This document shows positions 29,521 to 39,927 of a stretch of 64,000 bases of DNA, one piece after another. This DNA is from Candidatus Kaiserbacteria bacterium (GTDB lineage Bacteria > Patescibacteriota > Minisyncoccia > Phycocordibacterales > UBA918): the NCBI GenBank assembly GCA_031430855.1, contig JANPCG010000013.1:99781-163780 (forward strand), in the 5' to 3' direction. The translations under genes and the position numbers were made by a program. A model generated the notes under the pieces. It saw only the letters and a list, made by a program, of their open reading frames with translations. It was not told the DNA's origin and did not search any database. Within the stretch, counting starts at the first letter, position 1; each line of letters begins with the position of its first letter.

Positions 29521-30102
29521 TTGATGCGTATGGCTGAAATTGAAGCGTATGTGTGTCAAAGTCAGTTAATTGAAGGAATTGGGTATACCAAAAGTAAGCA
29601 GCTGACCAGCGATCACATCGCCGCAGCTGAGTATGTCTGGAGGCAGGCTACTGTCGGATTATGGCCTGATGTTCGCGTGGTGCACCGGATGCTTGCAACG
29701 AGCTTTCTTTCTAGGGCAGGTTCGTTCCGTACCGTGCCAGTGTACGTTGCATCTGCCAAAGAAGGTGCTCCGCGGACAGATATGCCAGCTCCCCAACATG
29801 TGTCACAACTTATGGAGTATTGGGAGCAATGCGGTCAAACCATCCGCCAGGATGTCGAGCGTGATGTTAGTAGCGAATCTTCGTGTTTTGCTCTGTACTA
29901 TATCTTGTTGTGTATTCATCCGTTTGAGGATGGTAATGGCAGAGTTGCTCGACTTATGTGCAACGCGGCTCGAATTGTGTGTGGTCTGCCGTGGTATACG
30001 TTTACGGCCGATGTCCACCCGCTTTTTGTTGGGAAGTTGCGGACGTTTGAAAAGGAGACGTTTCGTCCGACCTTTGCGCAGTTGTACGATACGACGAAAT
30101 AA
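29521..30102 (+). CDS. Fic/Doc family protein
   Basis: HPFEDGNGRVAR motif. Confidence 0.9.
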   Translation: MMRMAEIEAYVCQSQLIEGIGYTKSKQLTSDHIAAAEYVWRQATVGLWPDVRVVHRMLATSFLSRAGSFRTVPVYVASAKEGAPRTDMPAPQHVSQLMEYWEQCGQTIRQDVERDVSSESSCFALYYILLCIHPFEDGNGRVARLMCNAARIVCGLPWYTFTADVHPLFVGKLRTFEKETFRPTFAQLYDTTK

Positions 30103-30245
30103 CCAGGTACCCACGGTACCTGGTTTTTCTCTGGGTTGTTTCGCTGTAATTAAACCCGATAAAAGTCTGTATAGCTGCTTTCATTAGCGCTGTTGTCCAC
30201 GCGTTTTTGCAAGAACCCACAGCGTATCACGGTATACTAAGGGAG

Positions 30246-30551
30246 ATGACCGAAATCTTGCACGCGAATATCTTTTTCTTTATCGCCAGTATTGCTACGA
30301 TCGTGTTTGCTGTACTGTTATGTGTTGCCATGTATTTGGTAATCAAGATCTTGGTTTCTATTCGAGCGATTCTCGCGCGGATAGAAGCGGGGAGCGATAT
30401 GATAGCTGAAGATATTCAAGCCGCTCGCGCCTTTATGGCTGGCGGTGGACTGATTTCCCATCTGATAGGATTTGTGACGCGCGCAGGCGGAGGTCGCAAA
30501 TCACGTTCTTCGAAGTCAAAAAAAGACCTTATTATACGAGATACTGAATAA
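30246..30551 (+). CDS. Single-TM hypothetical protein
   Basis: Hydrophobic N-terminus; TATACT shortly upstream. Confidence 0.65.
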   Translation: MTEILHANIFFFIASIATIVFAVLLCVAMYLVIKILVSIRAILARIEAGSDMIAEDIQAARAFMAGGGLISHLIGFVTRAGGGRKSRSSKSKKDLIIRDTE

Positions 30552-30564
30552 TCACAAAATTTTT

Positions 30565-31038
30565 ATGGCAACGAAAAAGAAAGTAACGAATCCAACCTTA
30601 AGTGATACCCAAAAAATTGGTATTGGCGTTGGGCTCACGGCAGCAGCAGTGGCTGCAGCGAGTACCTATTTCCTCTATGGGAGTAAAGCGGCGAGTAAGA
30701 ACCGCAAAACAGTAAAGAGTTGGGCTTTAAAAGCAAAAGCTGAAGTATTGGAGAAATTAGAACAGGCCAAAGCCATGTCCCAAGAGGAGTATGAACAGAT
30801 GATTGATACTGTCGGTACTGCCTACACTGATTTAAAGCAGGCATCAAAAGCTGATGTGTCTGGTTTTAAAACCGAAATGAAAGACTACTGGAAGAGTATT
30901 GTAAAGACGGCTGCCCCAAAGAAAGCGGCAGCCAAGAAGGCGGTAAAGAAAGCTGCAGCTGCTGTCACCAAGGCCACCGCTCCAGTGAAGAAGGCTGCGC
31001 CAAAAACCGCAGCCCCAAAGAAAGCTGCCGCAAAGTAG
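30565..31038 (+). CDS. Hypothetical protein with TM segment and histone-H1-like K/A/P-rich tail
   Basis: C-terminal AAPKKAAAK repeats; hairpin at about 31057-31090 follows. Confidence 0.75.
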   Translation: MATKKKVTNPTLSDTQKIGIGVGLTAAAVAAASTYFLYGSKAASKNRKTVKSWALKAKAEVLEKLEQAKAMSQEEYEQMIDTVGTAYTDLKQASKADVSGFKTEMKDYWKSIVKTAAPKKAAAKKAVKKAAAAVTKATAPVKKAAPKTAAPKKAAAK

Positions 31039-31087
31039 TTAAAACCTAATCGATGTAAACGGACGACCCCTTAGAGGGGCCGTCCGT

Positions 31088-31963
31088 TTGCTGTATGATG
31101 AGAGGGTGAGACACCAAATTAGTTTTGTGGTGGCCGGATTAGTCTTCGGTAGTATAGCCCTCCTGTACGCCCAAGTTTTTTCCTACCAGTCAACTGATGA
31201 GGTCGCAGTTGCTCCTCCTGCTTTTATAATAGCAACGACGACAGTACCGATAACAACGGCGGCTGCTTTTGCGATTTTCGATGCTGAAACGGGTGAAATT
31301 CTCGCCAGTGAGAGTATCGAGAGTCCGTACCCTATTGCATCAGTCACTAAACTTTTTGCGGCAGTGGCTATTTTTGAGGCCTTTGATCCTGAGAGTACGA
31401 CTACCATCACTTGGGCTGATATCGAGGGCGGCGGCGAAGCAGGAAAGCTCCATCCAAAAGAAGTGTATTCTTATCGAGAGTTATTATTCCCGCTCCTGCT
31501 TGAGTCTTCAAATGATGCCGCGTCAGTCCTCGAACACGCCACTAAGGGAGAGATTATTTCTGCCATGGAAGCAGTGGCCCTAAAGTATGGTGCGGCGAAC
31601 ACTTCCTTCTCCGATGCTTCCGGTTTATCATCTCGTAATGTATCAACCGTGGGGGATTTGATGCGCTTTGTCCGAGCGACCAATACCGCCTATCCCTTTG
31701 TCTATGACATCGGTAAACTCCCGCAGTACATTGGACACTATACTGGGTGGCAGAATAATAATCCCGTCGCCACCATGCCTGATTTCCGTGGTGGTAAACA
31801 TGGCTACACCGAAGCGGCTGGACGCACGCTTGTCGCTCAATTCAATGAGTCGTTCACCGCTGGTGATCGTACTGTTGGCTATATCATCCTTGGCAGCCAG
31901 GATTTAAAGGCTGATACGGCAACCCTGCGGGCGTTTATTCAGAATTCTGTTGACTATCAATAG
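31088..31963 (+). CDS. D-alanyl-D-alanine carboxypeptidase (peptidase S11)
   Basis: IASVTK (SxxK), SSN, GGKHGYT motifs. Confidence 0.88.
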   Translation: MLYDERVRHQISFVVAGLVFGSIALLYAQVFSYQSTDEVAVAPPAFIIATTTVPITTAAAFAIFDAETGEILASESIESPYPIASVTKLFAAVAIFEAFDPESTTTITWADIEGGGEAGKLHPKEVYSYRELLFPLLLESSNDAASVLEHATKGEIISAMEAVALKYGAANTSFSDASGLSSRNVSTVGDLMRFVRATNTAYPFVYDIGKLPQYIGHYTGWQNNNPVATMPDFRGGKHGYTEAAGRTLVAQFNESFTAGDRTVGYIILGSQDLKADTATLRAFIQNSVDYQ

Positions 31964-31983
31964 TCTGCTATACTAGTGCCACT

Positions 31984-33024
31984 ATGACTGACCATGTAGC
32001 GTTATATCGTAAATATCGCCCCACCAATTTTACTGAAGTACGTGACCAGGATCATACCGTCTCTGTCCTCAAAGGCGCTATTGCCAAAGATTCCATTCCT
32101 CACGCCATACTTTTCTCAGGTACTCGGGGGACAGGTAAGACTACTCTCGCGCGGATTTTTGCCGCAGCGATTGGAACGACTGCAGTTGATCTCTACGAAA
32201 TTGATGCGGCAAGTAATCGCGGTATTGACGACATTCGTGAACTACGTGAAGCGGTGCATACCGTTCCGTTTGAATCAAAGTACAAGGTATATATCATCGA
32301 CGAGGTGCATATGCTCACCAAAGAGGCGTTCAATGCCCTTTTAAAAACGTTAGAAGAACCACCGGCACATGTGGTGTTTATTTTAGCGACGACCGAAGAG
32401 GAGAAACTCCTTGATACCATTCTCTCCCGGCTCCAGGTATTTAAGTTACGTTCACCATCGCGCGCGGTCTTGGCTACTACTGTGACCGATGTTGCGAAAC
32501 AGGAAGGCTTTACTTTGGCACCAGAAGCAGCTGATCTTATTGCGGTTGCTGCCGATGGTTCATTCCGTGACGCTTTAGGGATAACGCAAAAAGTCATCTT
32601 GGCATCAGGTGATGTGATTGGGAGTAGTGATGAGGTGGCAGCAATTATTGGGGCACCAAAACAAGCCATCATTGAATCATTACTTACCGCGCTGCATGAG
32701 AAAAAATCTGAGCCGGCTTTAGCAGCGATTGCTACTGCGGTCGAGAGTCACGTTGAGATGAAACTGTTGGTCAGGATGATTCTCGAACATGTGCGCGCGG
32801 TGATGTTACTGCGTAACCAGCCAGGTCAGGTACAGGTTCTCCTCGCTAACTTCAGTGAATCAATGCGCGCTACATTAACCGGGTTTGTGACGGCTCCCTC
32901 GACGCCGCTCAATTCCCACTTGTTACTTCGTCTCCTTACGGTCTCTGACCAAACGACTCGCAGTCCTATTCCACATCTACCGCTTGAAATCGCAGTTGTA
33001 GAGTTAACGAGTGCAGTTGTATAG
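31984..33024 (+). CDS. dnaX: DNA polymerase III subunit gamma/tau, short form
   Basis: LYRKYRP, GTRGTGKTT, EIDAASN, IIDEVHML, ALLKTLEEPP. Confidence 0.95.
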   Translation: MTDHVALYRKYRPTNFTEVRDQDHTVSVLKGAIAKDSIPHAILFSGTRGTGKTTLARIFAAAIGTTAVDLYEIDAASNRGIDDIRELREAVHTVPFESKYKVYIIDEVHMLTKEAFNALLKTLEEPPAHVVFILATTEEEKLLDTILSRLQVFKLRSPSRAVLATTVTDVAKQEGFTLAPEAADLIAVAADGSFRDALGITQKVILASGDVIGSSDEVAAIIGAPKQAIIESLLTALHEKKSEPALAAIATAVESHVEMKLLVRMILEHVRAVMLLRNQPGQVQVLLANFSESMRATLTGFVTAPSTPLNSHLLLRLLTVSDQTTRSPIPHLPLEIAVVELTSAVV

Positions 33025-33026
33025 GT

Positions 33027-33668
33027 ATGAAAACTATTTACCTTGTCCGTCATGGAGAAACGCACGCAAATATTAAACGTGTGTGGCAGGATGCTACTGA
33101 TGAATTATCACCAAAAGGCTTGCAGCAGGCCGAAGATGTAGCACAGCGCCTCAGTACATTGAAAATAGATTTTGCGCTCACGAGCTCAATGAAACGAGCA
33201 GTACAAACAGCAGATGTGATAGGCAAAAAAACAGGAATTTCATTTTTAGAATCTCCATTTTTTGTTGAAGTGTCGGTTCCAACCAGTACTGTTGGAACGA
33301 CATATGAAGAAGTGGAAGGCAATGCAGGTTTTGAGTATGTCGCTACACGTGACTTACATGCCGATGACCCAGACTATCGCTATGAGGATGAGGAAACTCT
33401 TAATGAACTAATTGAACGCATAAAAGCTGGTTTGGCATATTTAGATTCGCTTCCAGCTCAAAATATTCTCGTGGTAACGCACGGTACAATTCTGCGTAGT
33501 CTTATCAGCTTAGTGATGCATCAAGAGTTGCTAGTTACACCGTATACTATTTTTACTGCCGGCCGGAGACTCGAAACCATGAACACCAGTATTTCAGTAT
33601 TACACAAAAAACCTGATGCCTTATGGAGTGTTATCACCTTTAATGATTACGCGCATTTTGCGGAATAA
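33027..33668 (+). CDS. Histidine phosphatase family protein
   Basis: LVRHGET and VVTHG motifs. Confidence 0.9.
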   Translation: MKTIYLVRHGETHANIKRVWQDATDELSPKGLQQAEDVAQRLSTLKIDFALTSSMKRAVQTADVIGKKTGISFLESPFFVEVSVPTSTVGTTYEEVEGNAGFEYVATRDLHADDPDYRYEDEETLNELIERIKAGLAYLDSLPAQNILVVTHGTILRSLISLVMHQELLVTPYTIFTAGRRLETMNTSISVLHKKPDALWSVITFNDYAHFAE

Positions 33669-33671
33669 TTT

Positions 33672-34301
33672 ATGAAAAAAATCTATCTCGCTCGACACGG
33701 CGAATCAACGTCAAATGTGTCCCATGTGGTACAAGGCTCAGAAGATATTTTGACGGCCGTGGGTGAAAAACAGGCGGATGTATTAGCTGAACGTCTCTCA
33801 AAACTATCATTTCAAAATCTCCTGGTGAGTGATTATGTTCGAACGAAACAAACCGTTGCGCCATTACTACAAAAAGTTTCTATAGAGCCAATGTATTCTC
33901 CGTTACTGCGCGAAGCGCGTCGTCCGAGTAGCCTCGTAGGTTCTCCAATTAGTGGTGAAGGCTTTGCTAGCTTTGACGAATTATCGAAAGTTCATGTGTT
34001 AGAGGCTGATTGGCATTTTGAAGACGAAGAAAATTTCCATGACATAGTGGCGCGGATTACAAACCTATTTGCTCTTATTAGTACCCTTGAGGGTGACACA
34101 GTTCTTGTCTCGCACGGTAGATTAGCTATCTATATTGTGATGTACGTCATCATGGGAGGTAATCTGACGCCCGCAGTCTGGCAGACTGATTTCGCTACCT
34201 TTACGACCACCAATACCGGTATCACCGTTTTTTCTTACAAAGAAACCGAAAAGTTGTGGGCTCTTACGACGTATAACGATCACGCGCACTTCGCGGAATA
34301 A
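33672..34301 (+). CDS. Histidine phosphatase family protein
   Basis: LARHGES and LVSHG motifs. Confidence 0.9.
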   Translation: MKKIYLARHGESTSNVSHVVQGSEDILTAVGEKQADVLAERLSKLSFQNLLVSDYVRTKQTVAPLLQKVSIEPMYSPLLREARRPSSLVGSPISGEGFASFDELSKVHVLEADWHFEDEENFHDIVARITNLFALISTLEGDTVLVSHGRLAIYIVMYVIMGGNLTPAVWQTDFATFTTTNTGITVFSYKETEKLWALTTYNDHAHFAE

Positions 34302-34304
34302 TCT

Positions 34305-34934
34305 ATGGAAGTCTACCTCGTACGACACGGACAAACTGATGGTAATTTAGGGCGTCGTCATCAGCACACCTCAACCAAATTAAATGAAACGGGAAAGGCT
34401 CAGGCTGCAGCGGTGTCAGAAATCATTAGGGAAATTAAACCCACGCATCTGATAACAAGTACAAATGTACGAGCGATTGAAACAGCGCGCCGGATTTCAG
34501 AAGTTACCGATTTAATTCCTGAAACCTATCCCGCCTTTGAGGAACTGCATCAATCTAAATCAATGGTCGGGGAACGTCTGGCGGGGCTCCGTGCTATCAA
34601 CTATATGGCGCTTTGGTTCTTAGGTAGTAGAACAGCATCCATGCACGACGGTGAGACATACGCAGCGTTTGTGAGTCGTCTTGCTCGTGCTCGAACCCAC
34701 CTCGAAGAATTACCGTCCGATGCTCGGGTGGTGATTGTCTCACATTCAGTGTTTATTAATTTCTTTATCGAACATATGATTCGTCCGAAGCGAATGGGGC
34801 TGACTCGCGCCACGCTGTGTCTCTTCCGCATTTTGACTCTTAAAAACAGTAGTATTACCCATACTCGCTTTAAGATGCCGGAGGATGGTAGTCACAAAAC
34901 CGGTTGGCACCTCGTACACGGTAAGGTGAAGTAG
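34305..34934 (+). CDS. Histidine phosphatase family protein
   Basis: LVRHGQT and IVSHS motifs. Confidence 0.9.
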   Translation: MEVYLVRHGQTDGNLGRRHQHTSTKLNETGKAQAAAVSEIIREIKPTHLITSTNVRAIETARRISEVTDLIPETYPAFEELHQSKSMVGERLAGLRAINYMALWFLGSRTASMHDGETYAAFVSRLARARTHLEELPSDARVVIVSHSVFINFFIEHMIRPKRMGLTRATLCLFRILTLKNSSITHTRFKMPEDGSHKTGWHLVHGKVK

Positions 34935-35124
34935 AGCTAACTACGAACCACACCTTGAAACTTCTCTATTTTCTGGCACTATAGAGCAACTGCGCCAAAC
35001 CAGAACTTTGAGCAGTAAAAAAAGAAATTGAATAATTGCCGACTCGTCTAATGGTAACGACTCCGTGAAAAGCTGTCCCACAGCCTTTCACCTAGCACCA
35101 GCCATGGGGGATGAAACAAAACAT

Positions 35125-35195
35125 TGCCGATTCGTCTAATGGTAGGACTCTGGTTTCTGGTACCAGCTATTGGGGTTCGAGTCCCTGATCGGCAG
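35125..35195 (+). tRNA. tRNA-Gln (CTG)
   Basis: Acceptor TGCCGAT/ATCGGCA, anticodon loop TTCTGGT, GGTTCGAGTCC. Confidence 0.94.
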
Positions 35196-35269
35196 CTTCT
35201 TATTTTAACTATATTTTCAATAAAATTGGTTCGAGTCAAAGATGCAAATTGGTCTGGTATACTTTTTGT

Positions 35270-36193
35270 ATGATAGATACTGATTTTCAAGAAAGATTAA
35301 TCGCACATTTAGAAAGAGAGTCCAATTTAATAATTGTATCAACTCAACTTTCTCCTCAAGGAATGTCTAGTTCTGTTTTCTTTATTAAAACAGCACAAGG
35401 TAAAGAATATGCAGTAAAATATGGTGTTGACGCTATGAAAGATATCCCTGCTCTTAATTTGCTTTCGAGGGAACAGGTTAGCATCTCTGTACCGTCAGTG
35501 CTTTGCTCGTTTCGTTTTGAAGAGACATCTGTAATCGTATTGGAAAAAATACAGTTTCCACTATTGGAAACGGTTGCTATGGAAGAAACACCAAAATACA
35601 TTCCTTCAATAATAAAAAATTTGAGAAAGCTACACAGAATAAAATCTATATCTCCAGGATTACTTAACGAACCAGACAGTCAGATGACATGGAAGGAAAT
35701 AATACTTGATATTTTTGAGGGTAATGCATTTAATTGGCAAGAGATTTCGCAGAGGGAAGTAATAAATACTGATTTGATAACAGTATCAGTAGAGAAAGTG
35801 ATCAAGAAAATAAATGACACTGAATTTCCGGTTGGAGAATATTCACTTTTACATACGGACTTTAATCAAAGAAATCTATTTGTGAATCAAGAGAATTATG
35901 AGATAGCAGGAATAATTGATTGGGAAGATGCGATGTATGGAGATCCAATTTATGACTTTGCAAGAGTGCGTATGTATTTATGGCACTTTAATATTGGGAA
36001 TCAGGCAATCAAAAAATACTACGAACTAATGGACTTCACCCCTCATCAAAAAGAGCTTGAGGATTTATACTGGCTTACTCGTGTAATTCAATATATCGGT
36101 TGGTATTCAGAAGAATTAAATGAATTTACTAGAGGGAGGATTAACCTTCATCAAGATTATCTACAATCATACGATTGGTCAAAAAAGTTCTAA
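35270..36193 (+). CDS. Aminoglycoside phosphotransferase/choline kinase-like protein
   Basis: YAVK, LLHTDFNQRN, IIDWED...GDP.YD motifs. Confidence 0.85.
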   Translation: MIDTDFQERLIAHLERESNLIIVSTQLSPQGMSSSVFFIKTAQGKEYAVKYGVDAMKDIPALNLLSREQVSISVPSVLCSFRFEETSVIVLEKIQFPLLETVAMEETPKYIPSIIKNLRKLHRIKSISPGLLNEPDSQMTWKEIILDIFEGNAFNWQEISQREVINTDLITVSVEKVIKKINDTEFPVGEYSLLHTDFNQRNLFVNQENYEIAGIIDWEDAMYGDPIYDFARVRMYLWHFNIGNQAIKKYYELMDFTPHQKELEDLYWLTRVIQYIGWYSEELNEFTRGRINLHQDYLQSYDWSKKF

Positions 36194-36213
36194 TGGTGCG
36201 AATAGTCATAAGA

Positions 36214-36238
36214 TTCGTCCAGGACCGTCCTAGGCGAA
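36214..36238. repeat. REP-like palindrome, copy 1
   Basis: ttcgtccaggaccgtcctaggcgaa. Confidence 0.65.
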
Positions 36239-36401
36239 ACTTTCCTAGCATATCGCTCAATTACCGTCGAGATGTGAAGATAAAAGTATAAGTGATAGGC
36301 CTTGCAGGTCTCAACCTCCCACAGTTCTAGCTCAAGGAAGCCAGTCCTTAGCATAGATTATCCTGTAAAGGGTGATCTTGTCTTAAGGCTACTTGAAGCA
36401 T

Positions 36402-36427
36402 CTTTATTGGGAGAGTCCTAGGCAAAG
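36402..36427. repeat. REP-like palindrome, copy 2 (inverted, one arm degenerate)
   Basis: Reverse complement reads ctttgcctaggactctcccaataaag. Confidence 0.55.
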
Positions 36428-36558
36428 TATGCAAAAGTGCTGGCTGATGACGCCATTTAAAGGTATTATTAAATTGCGCCTATTATTGGACTCTAAACGG
36501 AAGTGTTTGTGTCAAGTGAACTAGTATAGATATTTTTGATAGTTTGATAAATTATGGT

Positions 36559-38049
36559 ATGAATGAAAATAAGGATAAGGATTTTATAGATGACAAGATT
36601 ACTTCAAGAGCTGCTGATTTTTCTCAATGGTACCTAGATGTGATTAAAGCTGCTGATTTGGCTGAAAATTCACCCGTGAGAGGTTGTATGGTTATAAAAC
36701 CATACGGATATGCTATTTGGGAAAATATACAAAAGATTTTGGATAAAGAATTTAAAGATAAGGGAACAGAAAATGCCTACTTTCCTTTATTAATACCAAA
36801 AAGTTTTTTAGAAAAGGAAGCAGTACACGTTAATGGTTTCGCAAAAGAGTGTGCGGTTGTTACACACCATAGACTAGAAGAAAAGGATGGTAAATTAATT
36901 CCAGCAGGTGAATTGGAAGAGCCTTTAATAATTCGTCCTACATCTGAGACAATTATTTACGATGCTTTTTCAAGGTGGATAAATTCATATCGCGACTTAC
37001 CTCTACTAATAAATCAATGGTCAAACGTTTTTAGATGGGAAATGAGAACACGACCTTTTTTACGCACATCCGAATTTTTATGGCAAGAAGGGCATACTGC
37101 ACACTCCTCGAAAGAGGAGGCTGATAAAAAAACTCTAGAAATGTTAGAGGTATATCGAATGCTTGCAGAGGATTATCTTGCTATTTCGCTCGTCTTAGGA
37201 AGAAAAACTGAAAGTGAGAAGTTTGCGGGCGCAGACTACACCACCACGATTGAGGCAATGATGCAAGATGGTAAAGCTCTTCAGTCAGGGACGTCTCACA
37301 TGCTTGGTCAAAATTTCTCAAAATCATTTGATGTGTCATATTTGGATGAGAATCAAAAAAAACAATATGTTTGGCAAACAAGCTGGGGTCTATCCACAAG
37401 AATTATCGGTGCGATCATCATGTCTCACTCTGATGATAAGGGACTAGTTCTGCCTCCTAAAATCGCTCCATTTCAAGTGATAATTATTCCAATTTACGCC
37501 ACTGAAGAAGATCGAATAGCTGTTATGGAAAAGGTTTCCGTCATTAAAGACGATTTAAATTCAGCGGGAATTTCATTCAAGCTTGATGATAGAGTTGGTC
37601 GTCCTGGCTTTAAATATTTTGAATGGGAAAGAAAAGGTGTTCCATTAAGATTTGAGATTGGACCAAAAGACGTAGAAAAGGGTTCAGTTGTTGTTGTGGA
37701 AAGATTACATGGTACAAAAGAATTTGTTCGGGATAAAGACATTGTTTCATTTGCCCATTCAAGTTTGAAAGAAATGCAAGACTCGCTTTTTGCAAATTCA
37801 AAAAAGTTCAAGGTTGAAAACACTAGGGAAGTCGCAGATTACGAAGAATTTAAGAAGACGATAAGTAATAAAATTGGTTTTGTCTTTGCATATCTTTGTC
37901 TAGATAAAAACTGTGAAGAGAAAATTAAAGAGGAGACCAAGGCATCTAGTAGGTGTATTCCTTTTGAGGGAGGGGTTGGTAATTCTGGTAAATGTATCTA
38001 CTGCGGCAAAGATACTCCTTATAAAGTGCTGTTTGGGAAGGCTTACTAG
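36559..38049 (+). CDS. proS: Proline--tRNA ligase, archaeal/eukaryotic type
   Basis: DFSQWY, RPTSET, FRWE..TRPFLRTSEFLWQEGHT, SWGLSTR, C-terminal FGKAY. Confidence 0.96.
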   Translation: MNENKDKDFIDDKITSRAADFSQWYLDVIKAADLAENSPVRGCMVIKPYGYAIWENIQKILDKEFKDKGTENAYFPLLIPKSFLEKEAVHVNGFAKECAVVTHHRLEEKDGKLIPAGELEEPLIIRPTSETIIYDAFSRWINSYRDLPLLINQWSNVFRWEMRTRPFLRTSEFLWQEGHTAHSSKEEADKKTLEMLEVYRMLAEDYLAISLVLGRKTESEKFAGADYTTTIEAMMQDGKALQSGTSHMLGQNFSKSFDVSYLDENQKKQYVWQTSWGLSTRIIGAIIMSHSDDKGLVLPPKIAPFQVIIIPIYATEEDRIAVMEKVSVIKDDLNSAGISFKLDDRVGRPGFKYFEWERKGVPLRFEIGPKDVEKGSVVVVERLHGTKEFVRDKDIVSFAHSSLKEMQDSLFANSKKFKVENTREVADYEEFKKTISNKIGFVFAYLCLDKNCEEKIKEETKASSRCIPFEGGVGNSGKCIYCGKDTPYKVLFGKAY

Positions 38050-38054
38050 AGACT

Positions 38055-39185
38055 ATGATTGATATTGTTATTGACAGAAATTTCAGTTTGAACGAGTTGT
38101 TGCAGCTCGGGAAAAAGGGGTTCAAGGTTTTAAAAACTCCTCATGTAGGAAATCAATACATGAATAATTTAATCATTGCTGTGTTGGGTTTTGATATTTT
38201 GGTGTATGACCGAAACATTGGGTTCAAAGACAAAAATTTCCATCCACAATCTGTCATCTTTAATACACGGGAAGAAAAAATTTTTTCAGAAGCTGGGCTG
38301 ACTATTCACTCAAAAAAGATTCTCATAAAAACTGAGAACTCATTTATAAATGAATTATTGCGCGGCTACACTAATCCAGTTTGTTTTCATAATCATTACT
38401 TTTCACTAGCTTGTAATAACCACAAAATTAGTACTTACTCGGAATTTTTAACTAAACATAAAGAAAAAATAGCTAAGATAATTAGTTATACACATGAATT
38501 ATTCAAAGATGATTGGTATAGATATGTAACAAAAGAACAAGAGGTTGTCAACAAAACTGGCTACGTAAGTGGAGACGCTATACTGGGCTTAACGCATAAT
38601 GATTTTGGATGGATTATTCCAAACATTTATAACGTGTTATTTCATTGTGTGATTGACCAAAAAGAAGGGAAAGTATTTCTTTTGTCTGGGCCAGATATGT
38701 ATAAATATATTTGTGAATATGAAGAGCGACTTTCTCGTTCTTGGAGTTATATAATAAAAGAAATTCCAAGTTTGCCAACTCAGGTACAGTGCTTAATTAT
38801 ACCTGTAGCTAAAATTAGATTTGCTATCCCGGAGAAGTATAAAACGTATTTAGATGATGTTTTGAATACATACAATAAAATTAAGGAGTGTGAGAAAAGG
38901 ATGGTTTCTGATGGCGCACAAAATACAAAATTAAATAATTTGGCATACAAACAAGAACTAGTTTCATCTTTGAAATCAATTTTTCAGAAACGTAAAGCAC
39001 TATTTGAAAGTACTATCTTTTATGATATTCGTAAGGCAAGTTCATTTTCACAGTACGACCTACTTCATGTTAAAAGATTGTATGTTCCTGAAATAGTATT
39101 AACCAAAAAGATTTATGAAATAGAGAGTATGTATGATGAACTTTTGAGATACTTTAAATCGAGCAAATATGTCAATGAAGTATAA
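38055..39185 (+). CDS. Hypothetical protein, possible HUP/nucleotidyltransferase fold
   Basis: 376 aa ORF; TPHVGN resembles a HIGH motif. Confidence 0.5.
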   Translation: MIDIVIDRNFSLNELLQLGKKGFKVLKTPHVGNQYMNNLIIAVLGFDILVYDRNIGFKDKNFHPQSVIFNTREEKIFSEAGLTIHSKKILIKTENSFINELLRGYTNPVCFHNHYFSLACNNHKISTYSEFLTKHKEKIAKIISYTHELFKDDWYRYVTKEQEVVNKTGYVSGDAILGLTHNDFGWIIPNIYNVLFHCVIDQKEGKVFLLSGPDMYKYICEYEERLSRSWSYIIKEIPSLPTQVQCLIIPVAKIRFAIPEKYKTYLDDVLNTYNKIKECEKRMVSDGAQNTKLNNLAYKQELVSSLKSIFQKRKALFESTIFYDIRKASSFSQYDLLHVKRLYVPEIVLTKKIYEIESMYDELLRYFKSSKYVNEV

Positions 39186-39927
39186 TGCTTTTCTGTATGA
39201 TTTTGATAACCGTCCATTCCTAAAAGAGGAGGTAAGGTTTTATAGACGCTTTGTTAAAGAACACAACATACGAACATATCTTGAATATGGTGTAGGTACG
39301 GGAAGAATTTTTTCCGTTCTCGCGCCAAAATGTGAGTATGCTGTCGGTGTAGATTTGTCTAATGAAATGCTTAAAGTTTGCAGAGAAAAGGTAAAGCATC
39401 TATCAAACTGCGAACTTATTTACGGTGATTTCTTAAATTATAGGAGCGATAGGGTATTTGATCTTTTGGCTATTCCGTTTAACTCATTTCATCACATACT
39501 AACAAAAAAAGATCAAATAAAGTTTTTACGTACAGTAAAAAAGAGTATGGGTGACAAAAGTCTCTTCATGTTAGATACCGTCAACTATTCAGTCGCGCAA
39601 CCCTTAATTGGAACCGTAAATGAATGGAAGCTTGACTATACTTGCAATAAAAAGGAGTTGCAAGTCGTGCGAACACAAATGCTAACAAGAAGAAATTATA
39701 AAATGAAAACCCTAGAAAAAATTTTCAAATATGAAATTTTTAAACAAGGTATCAGAATAAAAGAAGAAAGTTTTGTTGCAAAAATGAAATTTTCTGAATA
39801 TTCAGATATTGAAGCATTGCTGAAAAAAGTTGGGCTAGAAATCGTTAAGGTGTTTTCTAAGTACGAAGATAATGAGAGCGTTGATGGAAGGAAGGCAATA
39901 TATCTAATTAAGAAAAAGCATGTATAA
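39169..39927 (+). CDS. Class I SAM-dependent methyltransferase
   Basis: LEYGVGTGR, GVDLS..ML, FD....PFNSF motifs. Confidence 0.9.
   Translation: MSMKYNAFLYDFDNRPFLKEEVRFYRRFVKEHNIRTYLEYGVGTGRIFSVLAPKCEYAVGVDLSNEMLKVCREKVKHLSNCELIYGDFLNYRSDRVFDLLAIPFNSFHHILTKKDQIKFLRTVKKSMGDKSLFMLDTVNYSVAQPLIGTVNEWKLDYTCNKKELQVVRTQMLTRRNYKMKTLEKIFKYEIFKQGIRIKEESFVAKMKFSEYSDIEALLKKVGLEIVKVFSKYEDNESVDGRKAIYLIKKKHV

Noticed and set aside
35036-35110. Second intact tRNA upstream of tRNA-Gln
   Set aside because: Only the 5' acceptor strand and D-arm match; no T arm or matching 3' acceptor strand
36240-36558. T-box leader upstream of proS
   Set aside because: Hairpins are present but no T-box consensus (GGTGGNACC) or specifier stem was recognised
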